Source: Bacteroidales bacterium
Lineage (GTDB): Bacteria; Bacteroidota; Bacteroidia; Bacteroidales; Marinilabiliaceae
Direction: 5' to 3'
DNA: 64,000 nt
Assembly: GCA_004552385.1 (NCBI GenBank)
Contig: SFOL01000001.1
Location: forward strand, 10,146-74,145
Below, one piece after another: positions 47,715 to 58,233 of the stretch; position 1 is the stretch's first letter, and each line of letters starts with the position of its first letter. The translations under genes were made by a program, and so were the position numbers. Below the pieces are notes generated by a model. The model was not told the origin of the DNA. It made no database searches and saw only the letters and a list, made by a program, of their open reading frames with translations.

Positions 47715-47755
47715 AGAAAGGAAGTCTTTTTGCCAGGGCTCCTGCCCTTTCTATA

Positions 47756-47763
47756 CAAATATA
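47756..47763 (-). promoter_or_regulatory. -7 promoter motif (TATATTTG) for rpoN
   Basis: The reverse complement of caaatata matches TAnnTTTG about 42 nt upstream of the rpoN ATG. Confidence 0.45.
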
Positions 47764-47809
47764 ACAAAAAAGCGGCACGGGCGAGGCCTGCGCCCCACCC
47801 TTCCGGCAT

Positions 47810-48565
47810 TCATTTGGCAAGGCGGATGAGACCGTCGGCGCACATGACGGGCACAGTGTCGAGCGAGTCCGGGTGGCGCAAGCAGAAATCGACGTCGGCT
47901 GAGTACCCTTTGGCGATGAGCCTGCCATAGTGCGCGGACCGGCTGATGAAAGACACGTCGTCGGCACTTCGGCCGCGGGCAAGGTCGTGAATGGCCACAG
48001 CCATGTCTGAAGCGAAAGCCGCGGACGGGCACAAGTCGGCGGCGACGTCGGCCATGACGGCAGCGCAGAAGCAGTCCTCGAGAGTGAGAGCCCCGTAGTT
48101 GCCGGAGCAGACGAAGACGACCGACTCGGCGGAAAGCTCGACCGCCATCCGCACCGCCTTGATGGCGGCCGCCTTATAGTTAAGCATCGAGGCCGCTATG
48201 ACGGACTTGGCCGACGAGCTGGCGCGCAGTGCGACCGTCCCGTTGGTGGTGGTTATCACAACAGTCTTCCCGGCCACCGCGCCAGGCGCGTAATCTTGCG
48301 GCGAATTGCCAAGGTCGTAGCCCGGGATGACGTCGGCGTTTCGCTCTCCGCCCAAGACGACACCGTAGCGCCCGAGCTTATCGGCAAGGGCGAACCCTTC
48401 TTCGGGCGACAGGACGGGAGCCACGGCGGAGGCTCCGTTGGAAAGAGCGTTCGTGATGACGCTCGTGGCACGAAGCACGTCTATGACCACCGCCACTGAG
48501 ACAGAAAAATCATACCCCTCGGCCGCCTGCGCGGTCGGGAGTATGTCTATTGTCTTGATTGCCAT
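47810..48565 (-). CDS. comB: 2-phosphosulfolactate phosphatase (ComB) family protein
   Basis: 251 aa: AVVIDVLRATSVITNAL, GGERN..IPGYDLGNSP. Confidence 0.7.
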   Translation of the reverse strand: MAIKTIDILPTAQAAEGYDFSVSVAVVIDVLRATSVITNALSNGASAVAPVLSPEEGFALADKLGRYGVVLGGERNADVIPGYDLGNSPQDYAPGAVAGKTVVITTTNGTVALRASSSAKSVIAASMLNYKAAAIKAVRMAVELSAESVVFVCSGNYGALTLEDCFCAAVMADVAADLCPSAAFASDMAVAIHDLARGRSADDVSFISRSAHYGRLIAKGYSADVDFCLRHPDSLDTVPVMCADGLIRLAK

Positions 48566-48605
48566 AGGTAAATGCTATATTCGGCAGACGAGGCACGCCA
48601 CCCCC

Positions 48606-49331
48606 TCAGAAGCGGAAGGCCACCGTGGCGCCCAGTCCGTTATCGACAGAGGCCGCCGGGGCCCAATTGATGGCCAAGTCGTCCGAGACGTCAAAATTAA
48701 AGAAATGGGCGTCGACGCACGCGTCAACTATCTGGACGAGGTAAAGGCCTGCCATGCCAAAGATGGAAAGGTCACGATAACGGCGGTAGTAGTCCTTCTT
48801 CTTCTTGAGCGAGTTCTGAAACCACGACTTGTACTGCCCCTGCACATCGGCCTCGGTTAAGTGCGCCTTCTCCACAAAATACATATAGCTCTTGTTGTTA
48901 GGGTCGCCGAGCAGGAAGTCGCGATAGGCGTTGCTGTACTTCTTGAGATACTTATTGTTGAAGTGGATGGCGTATCCGAGCGCGAAAGCCCCGCCGTAGA
49001 GGAGGGGGAGCTTCCAGTATTTCTTGTTATAAATCTGCCCGAGGCCGGGAAGGATGGCGGCGTACATGGTTGCCGTATGCGGCGAGTGGCCGAGAGCCCC
49101 GACGTGAACCGACGGGATGAGTCTCACCGTCTCGCCATTGACAAGCACGAGGGTGTCGGTCAGCATGACTACGGGCTCAAGCGGCTCGATAGGCTGCGAG
49201 ATGGGCGCCGAAGTGTCGGCCGCTACGATATTGGGTTCGTCATAAACCTGCGCAGCGGCCTCCGCGCAGCCAATTGATGGCAGCAAAACGAGGGTCGCGA
49301 GCGCGAGGAAAAGACGGAAGAGGGTAGACAT
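48606..49331 (-). CDS. DUF5683-domain membrane protein (conserved partner downstream of parB in Bacteroidetes)
   Basis: 241 aa with a signal peptide and the motif AILPGLGQIYNKKYWKLPLLYGGFA-like. Its position after parB is typical. Confidence 0.7.
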   Translation of the reverse strand: MSTLFRLFLALATLVLLPSIGCAEAAAQVYDEPNIVAADTSAPISQPIEPLEPVVMLTDTLVLVNGETVRLIPSVHVGALGHSPHTATMYAAILPGLGQIYNKKYWKLPLLYGGAFALGYAIHFNNKYLKKYSNAYRDFLLGDPNNKSYMYFVEKAHLTEADVQGQYKSWFQNSLKKKKDYYRRYRDLSIFGMAGLYLVQIVDACVDAHFFNFDVSDDLAINWAPAASVDNGLGATVAFRF

Positions 49332-49347
49332 CCTTGTTTTCGGGTGC

Positions 49348-50274
49348 TTAGTTCTGGCGGGCCGTGTCGAGTATCTCCATAATCTTCTCGAGCTCCTCCG
49401 GCGTGGCGAAAGGAATGGTTATCTTGCCCTTGCCCTGCGCATTGCAGGCGAGGCTTACCTTAGTCCCGAAATAAGATGAGAGTTGCGACCCCAGCGCCTT
49501 ATACTCCTCGGGCGTCTGCATCTTCTTGGGCGGGGCCGGCTTAGAAGCCTTATCATCCTCAGCGGCTGCGTCGGCGGGCGAGTAGTCGGGGTCGTTGTAA
49601 GCGCGGACCATCTCCTCAATCCGTCTGACGGAGTAACCTTGCTCAACCGTCTCGTGGAAGAGCATGAGCTGCGTCTCCTCGTCCTCGACACCCATTATGG
49701 CGCGGGCGTGGCCCATTGTTATGAGCTTGTCCCTGAGGCCGACCTGGATGTCCTGGGGCAGTTTGAGCAGGCGGAGGTAGTTGGTGACGGTTGAGCGCTT
49801 CTTGCCCACCTGGTCGGCCAAGGTCTCCTGTGTGAGATTGCACTCGTTGATGAGCCTTTGGTAGCTGAGAGCCTCCTCAATGGGGTTGAGATCCTGCCTC
49901 TGGATGTTCTCGATGAGCGCGACGGCGAGCATCTTGTCGTCCGACACGTCCCTGACGTAGGCCGGCACCTTGTCGAGCCCCACCATCTTGGCCGCGCGGA
50001 ATCGTCTTTCGCCTGCTATGATCTGGTAGCGGTCGTCGACCTTGCGGAGCGTGAGCGGGGTTATGATGCCATAATTGAGGATCGAGGTGGCGAGCTCCTC
50101 GAGCTCCCCCTCGTCAAATTCAGTTCGGGGTTGCCAAGGATTGACGTCAATAACGTCCAGCGAGATCTCGTCAATCGCCGCGGCGGTCTGCGGTTCTTTC
50201 TCCACCGCGTCGTCACCAAGCAGGGCGCCGAGACCCTTACCGAGTCCGCGCCCGAGGCCACTGTTCTTAGCCAT
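49348..50274 (-). CDS. parB: Chromosome partitioning protein ParB
   Basis: 308 aa: GLGRGLGKGLGALL, ParB box IIAGERRFRAAK, and an HTH region TQETLADQVGKKRSTVTNYLRLL. Confidence 0.95.
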   Translation of the reverse strand: MAKNSGLGRGLGKGLGALLGDDAVEKEPQTAAAIDEISLDVIDVNPWQPRTEFDEGELEELATSILNYGIITPLTLRKVDDRYQIIAGERRFRAAKMVGLDKVPAYVRDVSDDKMLAVALIENIQRQDLNPIEEALSYQRLINECNLTQETLADQVGKKRSTVTNYLRLLKLPQDIQVGLRDKLITMGHARAIMGVEDEETQLMLFHETVEQGYSVRRIEEMVRAYNDPDYSPADAAAEDDKASKPAPPKKMQTPEEYKALGSQLSSYFGTKVSLACNAQGKGKITIPFATPEELEKIMEILDTARQN

Positions 50275-50303
50275 TAATACGGTTGTTAGGTGGTGAAAGG
50301 GAC

Positions 50304-51083
50304 TTATTTGCCGCCCTTGTCAGCGTTGCGGCTGAGCACTTCCTGGGCAAGGTTGAGATAATTCTGCGCACCGTTGCTGGCCACGTCGTAGCTGATGGCC
50401 GCCTGCCCGTGGCTCGGAGCCTCCGAGAGTCGGACGTTGCGCGCGATGACGGTCTTGAAGACCATGTCTTTGAAGACGGCGACCACCTGCTCCTGCACCT
50501 GCTTTGAGAGGAGGGTGCGAGCGTCGAACATTGTGAGGAGGAAACCCTCAATCTCGAGCTTGGGGTTGAGTCCCTTCTGGATTATCTTGATGGTCTTGAA
50601 CAATTTGCCGAGACCCTCGAGGGCGAAGTACTCGCACTGTACGGGGATGATGACGGAGTCTGACGCCGTGAGTGCATTGACGGTCACGAGGCCGAGCGAC
50701 GGGCAGCAGTCGATCAGGATGTAGTCGAAATCGTCACGAAGCTTGTCAACCATCCTCTTCATGACCTTCTCGCGGTCGGTCATATTGATGAGCTCAATCT
50801 CCGCTCCGGCAAGGTCGGTGTGCGACGGGAGGATGTAGAGATTGTCGACCTCGCACTTGAGGATGGCCGTCTTGGGGTCGACATCGTTGACCATGCACTC
50901 GTAGATGGTGGTCTTCATCTTCTCGACATCGAAGCCGAGGCCGGAGGTTGAGTTGGCCTGCGCATCGGCATCAATAATGAGCACCTTCTTCTCAAGGACA
51001 GCAAGGCTGGCTCCAAGGTTTATGGCCGTGGTGGTCTTGCCTACGCCACCCTTCTGGTTTGATATGGAAATGACTTTTGCCAT
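50304..51083 (-). CDS. parA: Chromosome partitioning ATPase ParA (Soj)
   Basis: 259 aa with the deviant Walker A motif [15 protein letters not shown], plus IIDADAQ and ILIDCCPS. Confidence 0.95.
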   Translation of the reverse strand: MAKVISISNQKGGVGKTTTAINLGASLAVLEKKVLIIDADAQANSTSGLGFDVEKMKTTIYECMVNDVDPKTAILKCEVDNLYILPSHTDLAGAEIELINMTDREKVMKRMVDKLRDDFDYILIDCCPSLGLVTVNALTASDSVIIPVQCEYFALEGLGKLFKTIKIIQKGLNPKLEIEGFLLTMFDARTLLSKQVQEQVVAVFKDMVFKTVIARNVRLSEAPSHGQAAISYDVASNGAQNYLNLAQEVLSRNADKGGK

Positions 51084-51124
51084 TACAGTCTTTTTTAATG
51101 CTTATGTGTCTATCGAACGCAACG

Positions 51125-51132
51125 CAAAGATA
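51125..51132 (-). promoter_or_regulatory. -7 promoter motif (TATCTTTG) for parA
   Basis: The reverse complement of caaagata matches TAnnTTTG about 42 nt upstream of the parA ATG. Confidence 0.45.
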
Positions 51133-51157
51133 GTCTTTTTTCGATGACAGCCTTACT

Positions 51158-51251
51158 ATGTTCCACGCGGGGCGAGCAAGCTTTAAATCGAATTACACAT
51201 TGACAGCCAATGCATTACACACTCAACAGGGACTCAAATTGATGTTCCACG
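51158..51251 (+). repeat. Two exact direct copies of ATGTTCCACG, 84 bp apart (parS left-half-like)
   Basis: The copies are at 51158-51167 and 51242-51251. TGTTCCACG equals the left arm plus centre of the conserved chromosomal parS TGTTCCACGTGAAACA. The right arms do not match. Confidence 0.5.
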
Positions 51252-51440
51252 ATTTATTAACATAAAACAAATAGCTACTGTTCATAACTTATGGGTACAT
51301 ACACGTTTGACTCACAAGGGTATAAGGCATAGCATTGGGTGAACTGAAAAAGTTACCGACACCATGTCAATAACATACGGGACTGGCCAAACAATATGCC
51401 ACATCAAATCATAAATAAGTGACCATCAAGTTCATAAGCT

Positions 51441-51488
51441 CAAAAGAGCATCCGCCATGCGGCTCAAGCACGAGCCGCATGGCGGATG
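51441..51488 (-). terminator. Rho-independent terminator closing the ilv-leu operon
   Basis: Perfect 17-bp stem catccgccatgcggctc / gagccgcatggcggatg with a 6-nt loop. It is followed on the minus strand by ctcttttg. Confidence 0.8.
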
Positions 51489-51518
51489 AAGATGTTTATA
51501 ACTTTTCAGCCTTAAAGC

Positions 51519-52913
51519 CTACATCAGCGAGCGAGGATCGGTGACGACGCCAGTTACGGCAGCGGCAGCGGCCACGAGCGGACTTGCGAGGATGGTGCGC
51601 GAGCCAGGTCCCTGACGCCCCTCGAAGTTACGGTTGCTGGTGGAGACGGCATACTTGCCCGCAGGCACCTTGTCGTCGTTCATTGCGAGGCATGCAGAGC
51701 AACCCGGCTGGCGGATGGCGAAACCAGCCTCCTCAAGAATCTTGTCGATACCCTCTTCGCGTATCTGCTTGTCGACCATCCAAGAGCCGGGCACGAGCCA
51801 GGCTACGACATCGGGGTTCTTCTTGCGGCCTTTGACGATGCTTGCGAAGGCGCGGAAGTCCTCAATACGTCCGTTGGTGCAGGCTCCGAGGAAGACGTAG
51901 TCCACCTTGTGGCCGAGAACCTTCTGCCCAGGCTGGAAGCCCATATAGTCCATCGACTTCTGGAAAGAGACGCGCCCTGCCTCATCAATAGAGTCGAGGG
52001 TCGGGATTTCGCCGTCGATGGCCATGCCCATTCCGGGGTTGGTACCGTAGGTGACCCACGGTGTGATGTCTTCGGCTCGGAAAGTCAGCTCCTTGTCGAA
52101 GACGGCGTCGTCACCGCTCTTGAGGGTCTTCCAATAGGCGACGGCCTTATCCCACTCCTCGCCTTTGGGAGCGAACTCGCGGCCCTTAATATACTCGAAT
52201 GTTGTCTCGTCGGGCGCGATGAATCCGCCACGTGCACCCATCTCGATGGAGAGGTTGCAAAGCGTAAGCCTGCCTTCCATAGAGAGCCCCTTGACGGCGG
52301 AGCCGGAGTATTCGATAAAATAGCCCGTGCCGCCCGAGGTGGTGAGCTGAGTCATGAGGTAGAGAGCCACGTCTTTAGCCGTGACGCCCTTGCCGAGTTT
52401 GCCCTCGACGTTGATTCGCATGGACTTAGGCTTGCTCTGTAGGATGCACTGGCTGGCCATGACCATCTCGACTTCCGACGTGCCGATGCCGAACGCGACG
52501 GCCCCCATGGCTCCATGGGTAGATGTGTGCGAATCGCCGCAGACGAGCGTCATGCCCGGGAGGGAGAGACCCCGCTCCGGCCCGACGACGTGGATGATGC
52601 CATTATGGTCGGAACCCATGGCGAAGTGGCTGAGGCCGAACTCTTTGGCGTTCTTCGCAAGAGTCTCGACCTGCTTGCGGCCAACGGGATCCTCTATGGG
52701 CTTATCCTGATCATGCGTCGGTGTGTTGTGGTCCGGCATGCAGTATATCCTCTCGGGGCGGAAGCACTTTATGCCGCGTTCGCGGAGCCCCTCGAAGGCC
52801 TGCGGGCTTGTGACCTCATGCGCATAGAGTCGGTCGATGTAGAGCTGCGTGGGTCCGTCCGGCACAATCTGGACTACATGGGAATCCCATATCTTGTCAA
52901 AGAGAGTGTTCAT
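51519..52913 (-). CDS. leuC: 3-isopropylmalate dehydratase large subunit
   Basis: 464 aa: aconitase-family motifs [19 protein letters not shown] and PGCSACL, with the N-terminus [14 protein letters not shown]. Confidence 0.95.
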   Translation of the reverse strand: MNTLFDKIWDSHVVQIVPDGPTQLYIDRLYAHEVTSPQAFEGLRERGIKCFRPERIYCMPDHNTPTHDQDKPIEDPVGRKQVETLAKNAKEFGLSHFAMGSDHNGIIHVVGPERGLSLPGMTLVCGDSHTSTHGAMGAVAFGIGTSEVEMVMASQCILQSKPKSMRINVEGKLGKGVTAKDVALYLMTQLTTSGGTGYFIEYSGSAVKGLSMEGRLTLCNLSIEMGARGGFIAPDETTFEYIKGREFAPKGEEWDKAVAYWKTLKSGDDAVFDKELTFRAEDITPWVTYGTNPGMGMAIDGEIPTLDSIDEAGRVSFQKSMDYMGFQPGQKVLGHKVDYVFLGACTNGRIEDFRAFASIVKGRKKNPDVVAWLVPGSWMVDKQIREEGIDKILEEAGFAIRQPGCSACLAMNDDKVPAGKYAVSTSNRNFEGRQGPGSRTILASPLVAAAAAVTGVVTDPRSLM

Positions 52914-53021
52914 GTATCACTTTGGTTAAAGAGCTGAGCCATACGTCACGGGCACGAATGCCTCGTTTGGCCTCGCCTGTTATTTGTTAGGTTTTCTGTG
53001 TTCTATCGCGTGGAGGTGTGC

Positions 53022-54533
53022 TTATTTGCTGGAGTGCACCGCATGGAAGCGGTTGATGCAGTCGACATAGGCCTCGACGGTCGCGCAGACGATGTCGGTG
53101 TTGGCGGCAAAGCCGTAGTAGACATGTCCGTCGTTTTCAACCTGCACGTGCACCTTGCAAGTGTCGTCGGAGCCTTTGCTGATGCTTTGTATGGTGAGCT
53201 CCTTGAGAATCATCGTCCGGTGGATGATGTTCTTGAGGGCGTTGATGGCCGCATCGACTGGGCCGTTGCCTGTTGCCGCGGCCGTGAACTTCTCGCCAGC
53301 TATGTCGAGTCCGATGCTGGCCATGGGCTGCACCCCGACACCGCTGGTGACCTGCATGAAGTCTATCTTGACATGGTTGGTCTTGGCGACGTCGGCCCCG
53401 ACGAGCATGAGCAGATCGTCATCGTTGATCTCCTTCTTCTTGTCGGCGAGTTTGAGGAACTGCTCGTAAGTAGCGTCGAGCTTCTCACCCTCAATCTTGA
53501 CTCCGAGCTCTTCGAGCCTGTGGCGGAGCGCCGCGCGCCCGGAGCGTGCTGTGAGGACGATTGAATTGTCGTCGATGCCGACATCGTGGGGGTCGATGAT
53601 CTCGTAGGTTGAGACGTTCTTGATGACTCCGTCTTGGTGGATACCGCTGGAGTGAGCGAACGCGTTGCGACCGACAATGGCCTTATTGGGCTGGACTGGC
53701 ATGTTCATGAGGCTTGACACCATACGGCTGAGCGGGTAGATGTGCTTAGTGTTAATGTTGGTGTCAATGCCGATGCCCTTGTGGCATTTGAGAATCATGA
53801 CGACCTCCTCGAGCGATGTGTTGCCAGCGCGCTCTCCAATGCCGTTGATGGTGACCTCGGTCTGCCTTGCTCCATTAAGGACTCCGGCCATGGTGTTTGC
53901 CGTTGCCATGCCGAGGTCGTTGTGGCAGTGGGTTGAGATGATGGCGTTCTCGATGCCGTCGACGTGGTCGACAAGGTACTTAATCTTAGCCCCGTACTCC
54001 TGCGGGAGGCAGTATCCGGTGGTGTCGGGTATGTTTACGACCGTGGCACCCGCCTTTATGACGGCCTCCACGACGCGGGCGAGGTAGTCGTTGTCGGTAC
54101 GTCCGGCATCCTCGGCATAGAACTCGACGTCGTCGACATATCGGCGGGCGTACTTGACGGCGCGGACAGCCCTCTCTATGATCTCGTCCCTGTTAGAGTT
54201 GAACTTGAACTTTATGTGGCTGTCGGAGGTGCCAATCCCTGTGTGGATACGCTTGTGCTTAGCGAACTTGAGGGCCTCGGCGGCGACGTCGATGTCTTTC
54301 TCGACGGCGCGAGTGAGTGCGCAAATGGTTGGCCACGTGACGGCCTTGGATATCTCGATGACAGAGTTGAAGTCGCCCGGACTTGAGATGGGGAAGCCGG
54401 CCTCGATAACGTCTACACCAAGAGCCTCAAGTGCCTTGGCAACCTGTATTTTCTCTACTGTGTTGAGCTGGCAGCCTGGCACCTGCTCGCCATCGCGCAG
54501 AGTGGTGTCGAAGATATAGACTCTGTTGTCCAT
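53022..54533 (-). CDS. leuA: 2-isopropylmalate synthase
   Basis: The ORF is 53022..54656 with a TTG start in the track. The start is placed at [20 protein letters not shown] (54533). It has an HMGL-like domain ([13 protein letters not shown]) and a LeuA dimerisation/regulatory C-terminus. Confidence 0.95.
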   Translation of the reverse strand: MDNRVYIFDTTLRDGEQVPGCQLNTVEKIQVAKALEALGVDVIEAGFPISSPGDFNSVIEISKAVTWPTICALTRAVEKDIDVAAEALKFAKHKRIHTGIGTSDSHIKFKFNSNRDEIIERAVRAVKYARRYVDDVEFYAEDAGRTDNDYLARVVEAVIKAGATVVNIPDTTGYCLPQEYGAKIKYLVDHVDGIENAIISTHCHNDLGMATANTMAGVLNGARQTEVTINGIGERAGNTSLEEVVMILKCHKGIGIDTNINTKHIYPLSRMVSSLMNMPVQPNKAIVGRNAFAHSSGIHQDGVIKNVSTYEIIDPHDVGIDDNSIVLTARSGRAALRHRLEELGVKIEGEKLDATYEQFLKLADKKKEINDDDLLMLVGADVAKTNHVKIDFMQVTSGVGVQPMASIGLDIAGEKFTAAATGNGPVDAAINALKNIIHRTMILKELTIQSISKGSDDTCKVHVQVENDGHVYYGFAANTDIVCATVEAYVDCINRFHAVHSSK

Positions 54534-54685
54534 CCTGTTATTATAATGTCTAAGAAACTGAAATGATGAGAAAATGGGGAATGTTATCGCTTTTCGCGAA
54601 TTGTGGATGGGCGGGCCGCGAAGCCCGCTCATCCTGTGGTCAAGCAGTGGCTTCAATTAGATTGCGCCACTGTGAGTCACCTTTT

Positions 54686-55729
54686 TTAGTTGTTCTCCGG
54701 ACGGAGCTTGCGAACAGTGACAGCGGTCTGCCACATCTCGCTCTCGCGGAGAGCTGCGAGCTCCTTCTCGAGGCCGGCACGGTAGTCAGGCTTAGAGTTG
54801 GAGTCCATGGAGATCTGAGCCTCGTTGCCGAGCTTGACGCTCATGTAGAGCCACTGCATGATAGGCTTGATGGCGTCGTGGAAACGGGGGTACCAGTCGA
54901 GAGCGCCGCGCTGCGCGGTGGTAGAGCAGTTGGCGTACATCCAGTCCATGCCCTTCTCGGCGAAGAGAGGCATGAGGCTCTGTGTGAGTTCCTCTACGGT
55001 CTCGTTGAAAGCCTCAGAGGGAGTATGCCCGTTCTCGCGGAGCACCTCATACTGAGCGAGGAGGAGGCCCTGGATGGCGCCCATGAGTGAGCCGCGCTCA
55101 CCGGTAAGGTCAGAGGTGGCCTCACGCTGGAAAGTGGTCTCGAAGAGGTAGCCGGAGCCGATGCCGATGCCGAGAGCGAGGGTCTTGTCGAGAGCCTTAC
55201 CGCTGGCGTCCTGGTAAACGGCGTAGCTTGAGTTCAAGCCGCGGCCCTGGAGGAACATGGAGCGGAGAGAGGTGCCAGAGCCCTTGGGCGCGACCATGAC
55301 GACATCGATGTCCTTAGGAGGAACGACACCAGTGCGGTCATTCCAGCAGATGGCGAAGCCGTGAGAGAAATAGAGGGTCTTGCCGGGGGTGAGAGCCGCC
55401 TTGATGGTGGGCCATACGGAGAGTACGGCGGCATCAGAGAGCAGGCACATGATGATGGTGCCCTTCTCGACAGCCTCCTCGATAGAGAAGAGTGTCTCAC
55501 CGGGCTTCCAGCCGTCGGCCACAGCCTTCTCGTAAGTCTTGCCCTGACGCTGGCCGACGATGACGTTGAAGCCATTGTCGCGGAGGTTCTGAGACTGGCC
55601 AGGACCCTGTACGCCATAGCCTATGACGGCGATAGTCTCGTTTTTCAGGATCTCACGAGCCTTCTCAAGAGGGAACTCCTCGCGGGTCATGACTTCCTCA
55701 GTGACACCGCCAAAATTCATCTTTGCCAT
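54686..55729 (-). CDS. ilvC: Ketol-acid reductoisomerase
   Basis: 347 aa: IAVIGYGVQGPGQSQNLRDNG, and FSHGF. Confidence 0.95.
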   Translation of the reverse strand: MAKMNFGGVTEEVMTREEFPLEKAREILKNETIAVIGYGVQGPGQSQNLRDNGFNVIVGQRQGKTYEKAVADGWKPGETLFSIEEAVEKGTIIMCLLSDAAVLSVWPTIKAALTPGKTLYFSHGFAICWNDRTGVVPPKDIDVVMVAPKGSGTSLRSMFLQGRGLNSSYAVYQDASGKALDKTLALGIGIGSGYLFETTFQREATSDLTGERGSLMGAIQGLLLAQYEVLRENGHTPSEAFNETVEELTQSLMPLFAEKGMDWMYANCSTTAQRGALDWYPRFHDAIKPIMQWLYMSVKLGNEAQISMDSNSKPDYRAGLEKELAALRESEMWQTAVTVRKLRPENN

Positions 55730-55794
55730 TGTGTTAGTATTTAGTGTTTTAGGTTATATTGCTATTAGAATGTTCATTACAGGAGAGCCGTTCG

Positions 55795-56367
55795 TCAGTC
55801 GGCATTAACCATCTTGGTGCGCTCAGCCCTCTTGTCTTGCAACTCGATGAACCGCGACACGCGCTCTACGGTCGACTTGGTGATGGCTACGCGTCCGGAC
55901 CTTACGAACTGGAGCACGCCATACGGCGCTAACTCGTCATAGAGGCGCCGCGTCTCGTCGCAATGGCCCGTCTTCTGGAGCACTGTGTAGGTCCTGTTGA
56001 TCTCGAGAATCTGGGCGTTGTTCCTTCTTACGAGCTCCTCGAAGTCAGGGCTTTCCAATATGTTGTCGGTTTGGACTTTATAAAGTGCCACCTCCTGATA
56101 TATGATCTCGTCGTCGGTATAGTAGAATGCTTTTATGACGTCAATTCTCTTCTCTATCTGCCTTACGACGGCCTCAATGGTCTTTTGGTCGGTCCGGCAA
56201 GCGATGGTGAACTTGTGGACTCCCTCGATGGCCGATGATGACACCGACAGGCTCCATATATTGAGGTTGCGCCGCGTGAATATGATGGAAATCTGGTTGA
56301 GTATGCCGACCTGGTTCTCAGTGTAGACCGTGACGGTATACAGCGTATTCTCTTTTTGCTCTTGCAT
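55795..56367 (-). CDS. ilvN: Acetolactate synthase small (regulatory) subunit
   Basis: 190 aa with an ACT domain (YTVTVYTENQVGILNQISIIFTRRNLNI). It lies immediately downstream of ilvB. Confidence 0.9.
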   Translation of the reverse strand: MQEQKENTLYTVTVYTENQVGILNQISIIFTRRNLNIWSLSVSSSAIEGVHKFTIACRTDQKTIEAVVRQIEKRIDVIKAFYYTDDEIIYQEVALYKVQTDNILESPDFEELVRRNNAQILEINRTYTVLQKTGHCDETRRLYDELAPYGVLQFVRSGRVAITKSTVERVSRFIELQDKRAERTKMVNAD

Positions 56368-56379
56368 GGTCAGTGTCGG

Positions 56380-58158
56380 TTATTGTCGTTTTGCGAGAGG
56401 CTCGTATTCATACCATTCGGTGTCGTTCAGCATGATGTCGCCGACACCCTTTCCCGGCGGGATCATCGGGAAGACGTTGTCGGCCTCCTCGACGTGCACC
56501 TCGAGGAGGTACGGCTCGGCGGGGTCGGCGAGCATCTCGGCCACGGCCTGGTCGAGCTCCTCCCTCTTCTCGACCTTTCGGCACTTTATGCCATAGGCCG
56601 ATGCGAGCGTCATGAAGTCGGGGTTGTCGAGCCTGGTGAACGAGTAGCGCGAGCCGAAGAAAAGCTGCTGCCACTGTCGCACGTTGCCGAGCCAGTTGTT
56701 GTTCATAAGGACAATCTTGACGCCGAGCTTCTCCTGCATGATGGTTCCAAGCTCCTGGACTGTCATTTGAAGACCGCCGTCGCCGCAGAAGTCGACTACG
56801 TTTCGCCCGGGCGCGGCCACCTTAGCGCCGATGGCGGCGGGCAGTCCGAACCCCATGGTTCCGAGTCCGCCCGAGGTGAGCAGGCTTCGCGTCTTGCAGA
56901 AAGTGGAGTAGCGCGCCCCCATCATCTGGTTTTGTCCGACGTCGGTGATGACAATATTTTCGCTCTTGCCGATTCGCGCCACGGTGGCGACGACCTCGCC
57001 CATCTTGATGTTACCGGCCCCGGGGTTGGTCTCGGAGGCGGAGACGAGCCTGACCTCGTCGGCGTTGCATTTGTCGAAGCTGGCTTCCCACTCGTCATGC
57101 TTGGCGGGGTTGACCATCCCGATGAGCATTGTGAGGACTTTCTTGGCGTCTCCGTGGATGCCTATTTCAACAGGGATGATCTTACCGAGCTCAGCGCGGT
57201 CGATGTCAATGTGTATGATGCGCGCCTGGCGTGCGTAGGTTGACACGACACCGGTCACGCGGTCGTCGAACCTCATTCCGACAGCCAGGAGGACGTCGCA
57301 CTCGTTGGTCTTCACGTTGGGGCCTATGTTGCCGTGCATGCCAGCCATTCCCTTGTAATGAGGGTTGCCGCTGTCGAGGGCGCTGAGTCCCAGCAGTGTT
57401 GATGCGGCCGGGATGCCGGCCTTGTCAAGCAGGGCGGCGAGCTCGTCCTCGGCGTGGGAGAGTATGACACCCTGGCCATATATGACCATGGGCCTCTTGG
57501 CCTGGTTGATAACCTGCGCGGCCTCGCGGACCACTGAGTCCTGAATCTCGGGCTGCGGGTCGTAGCTTCGGATGAAGTTGACAGGTTTGTAGTTGAACAC
57601 GGCCTTGCCCGTCTGCGCGTTCTTTGCGAAGTCGAGCACTACCGGGCCCGGACGGCCTGAGCGCGCGATGTAGAAAGCCCGTGCGACAGCCCAGGCGACG
57701 TCTTCCGGTCGGCGAATCTGATAGCTCCACTTGGTAATGGGGAGCGTCACGCCGAGCACGTCCGTCTCCTGGAAAGCGTCGGTGCCGAGGAGCGCCGCTC
57801 CTACCTGCCCGCTGATTACGACGAGCGGGGTGGAGTCCATCATCGCGTCGGCAATGCCCGTGATGGCGTTTGTGGCTCCAGGGCCGGATGTCACGAACAC
57901 TACGCCTGTCTTGCCGCTTACGCGGGCGTAACCTTGCGCGGCATGCACTGCGCCCTGCTCATGGCGCACGAGGACGTGGCGGAGTCGCGACTTTTCCCCG
58001 CCCTGCTTCGGTGCGCAGGGCTGCTCCGCGAAATCATATAGGGAATCATAGACAGGCATTATGGCTCCTCCCGGGTAGCCGAAGATGTCTGTGACACCCT
58101 CGGCGAGCAGGGAGCGGATAAGAATCTCCGAACCTGTCATCTGCTGTTCTGAGCTCAT
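56380..58158 (-). CDS. ilvB: Acetolactate synthase large subunit (biosynthetic, ThDP-dependent)
   Basis: 592 aa: GYPGGAIMP, GPGATN, and the ThDP motif GLGTMGFGLPAAIGAK..GDGG..MN. Confidence 0.95.
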   Translation of the reverse strand: MSSEQQMTGSEILIRSLLAEGVTDIFGYPGGAIMPVYDSLYDFAEQPCAPKQGGEKSRLRHVLVRHEQGAVHAAQGYARVSGKTGVVFVTSGPGATNAITGIADAMMDSTPLVVISGQVGAALLGTDAFQETDVLGVTLPITKWSYQIRRPEDVAWAVARAFYIARSGRPGPVVLDFAKNAQTGKAVFNYKPVNFIRSYDPQPEIQDSVVREAAQVINQAKRPMVIYGQGVILSHAEDELAALLDKAGIPAASTLLGLSALDSGNPHYKGMAGMHGNIGPNVKTNECDVLLAVGMRFDDRVTGVVSTYARQARIIHIDIDRAELGKIIPVEIGIHGDAKKVLTMLIGMVNPAKHDEWEASFDKCNADEVRLVSASETNPGAGNIKMGEVVATVARIGKSENIVITDVGQNQMMGARYSTFCKTRSLLTSGGLGTMGFGLPAAIGAKVAAPGRNVVDFCGDGGLQMTVQELGTIMQEKLGVKIVLMNNNWLGNVRQWQQLFFGSRYSFTRLDNPDFMTLASAYGIKCRKVEKREELDQAVAEMLADPAEPYLLEVHVEEADNVFPMIPPGKGVGDIMLNDTEWYEYEPLAKRQ

Positions 58159-58233
58159 TGGCAGAGAATGATAACTGAAACCTTCTGTAATTGACTGTCG
58201 TGAGGGCGACCCGCTGAGCGGCTCGCCCGTCGC

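Noticed and set aside
51192-51221. ATTACACA x2 and TGTTCCACG x2 considered as DnaA boxes marking oriC
   Set aside because: They match TTATCCACA at only 5-6 of 9 positions. There is no dnaA gene, no AT-rich unwinding repeats and no cluster of boxes. The parS-half-site reading fits better and is reported as a finding.
54534-54685. 152-bp ilvC-leuA spacer with short GC hairpins, examined for a second (leucine-specific) leader
   Set aside because: It has no Leu-rich mini-ORF and no U-tract after the hairpins.
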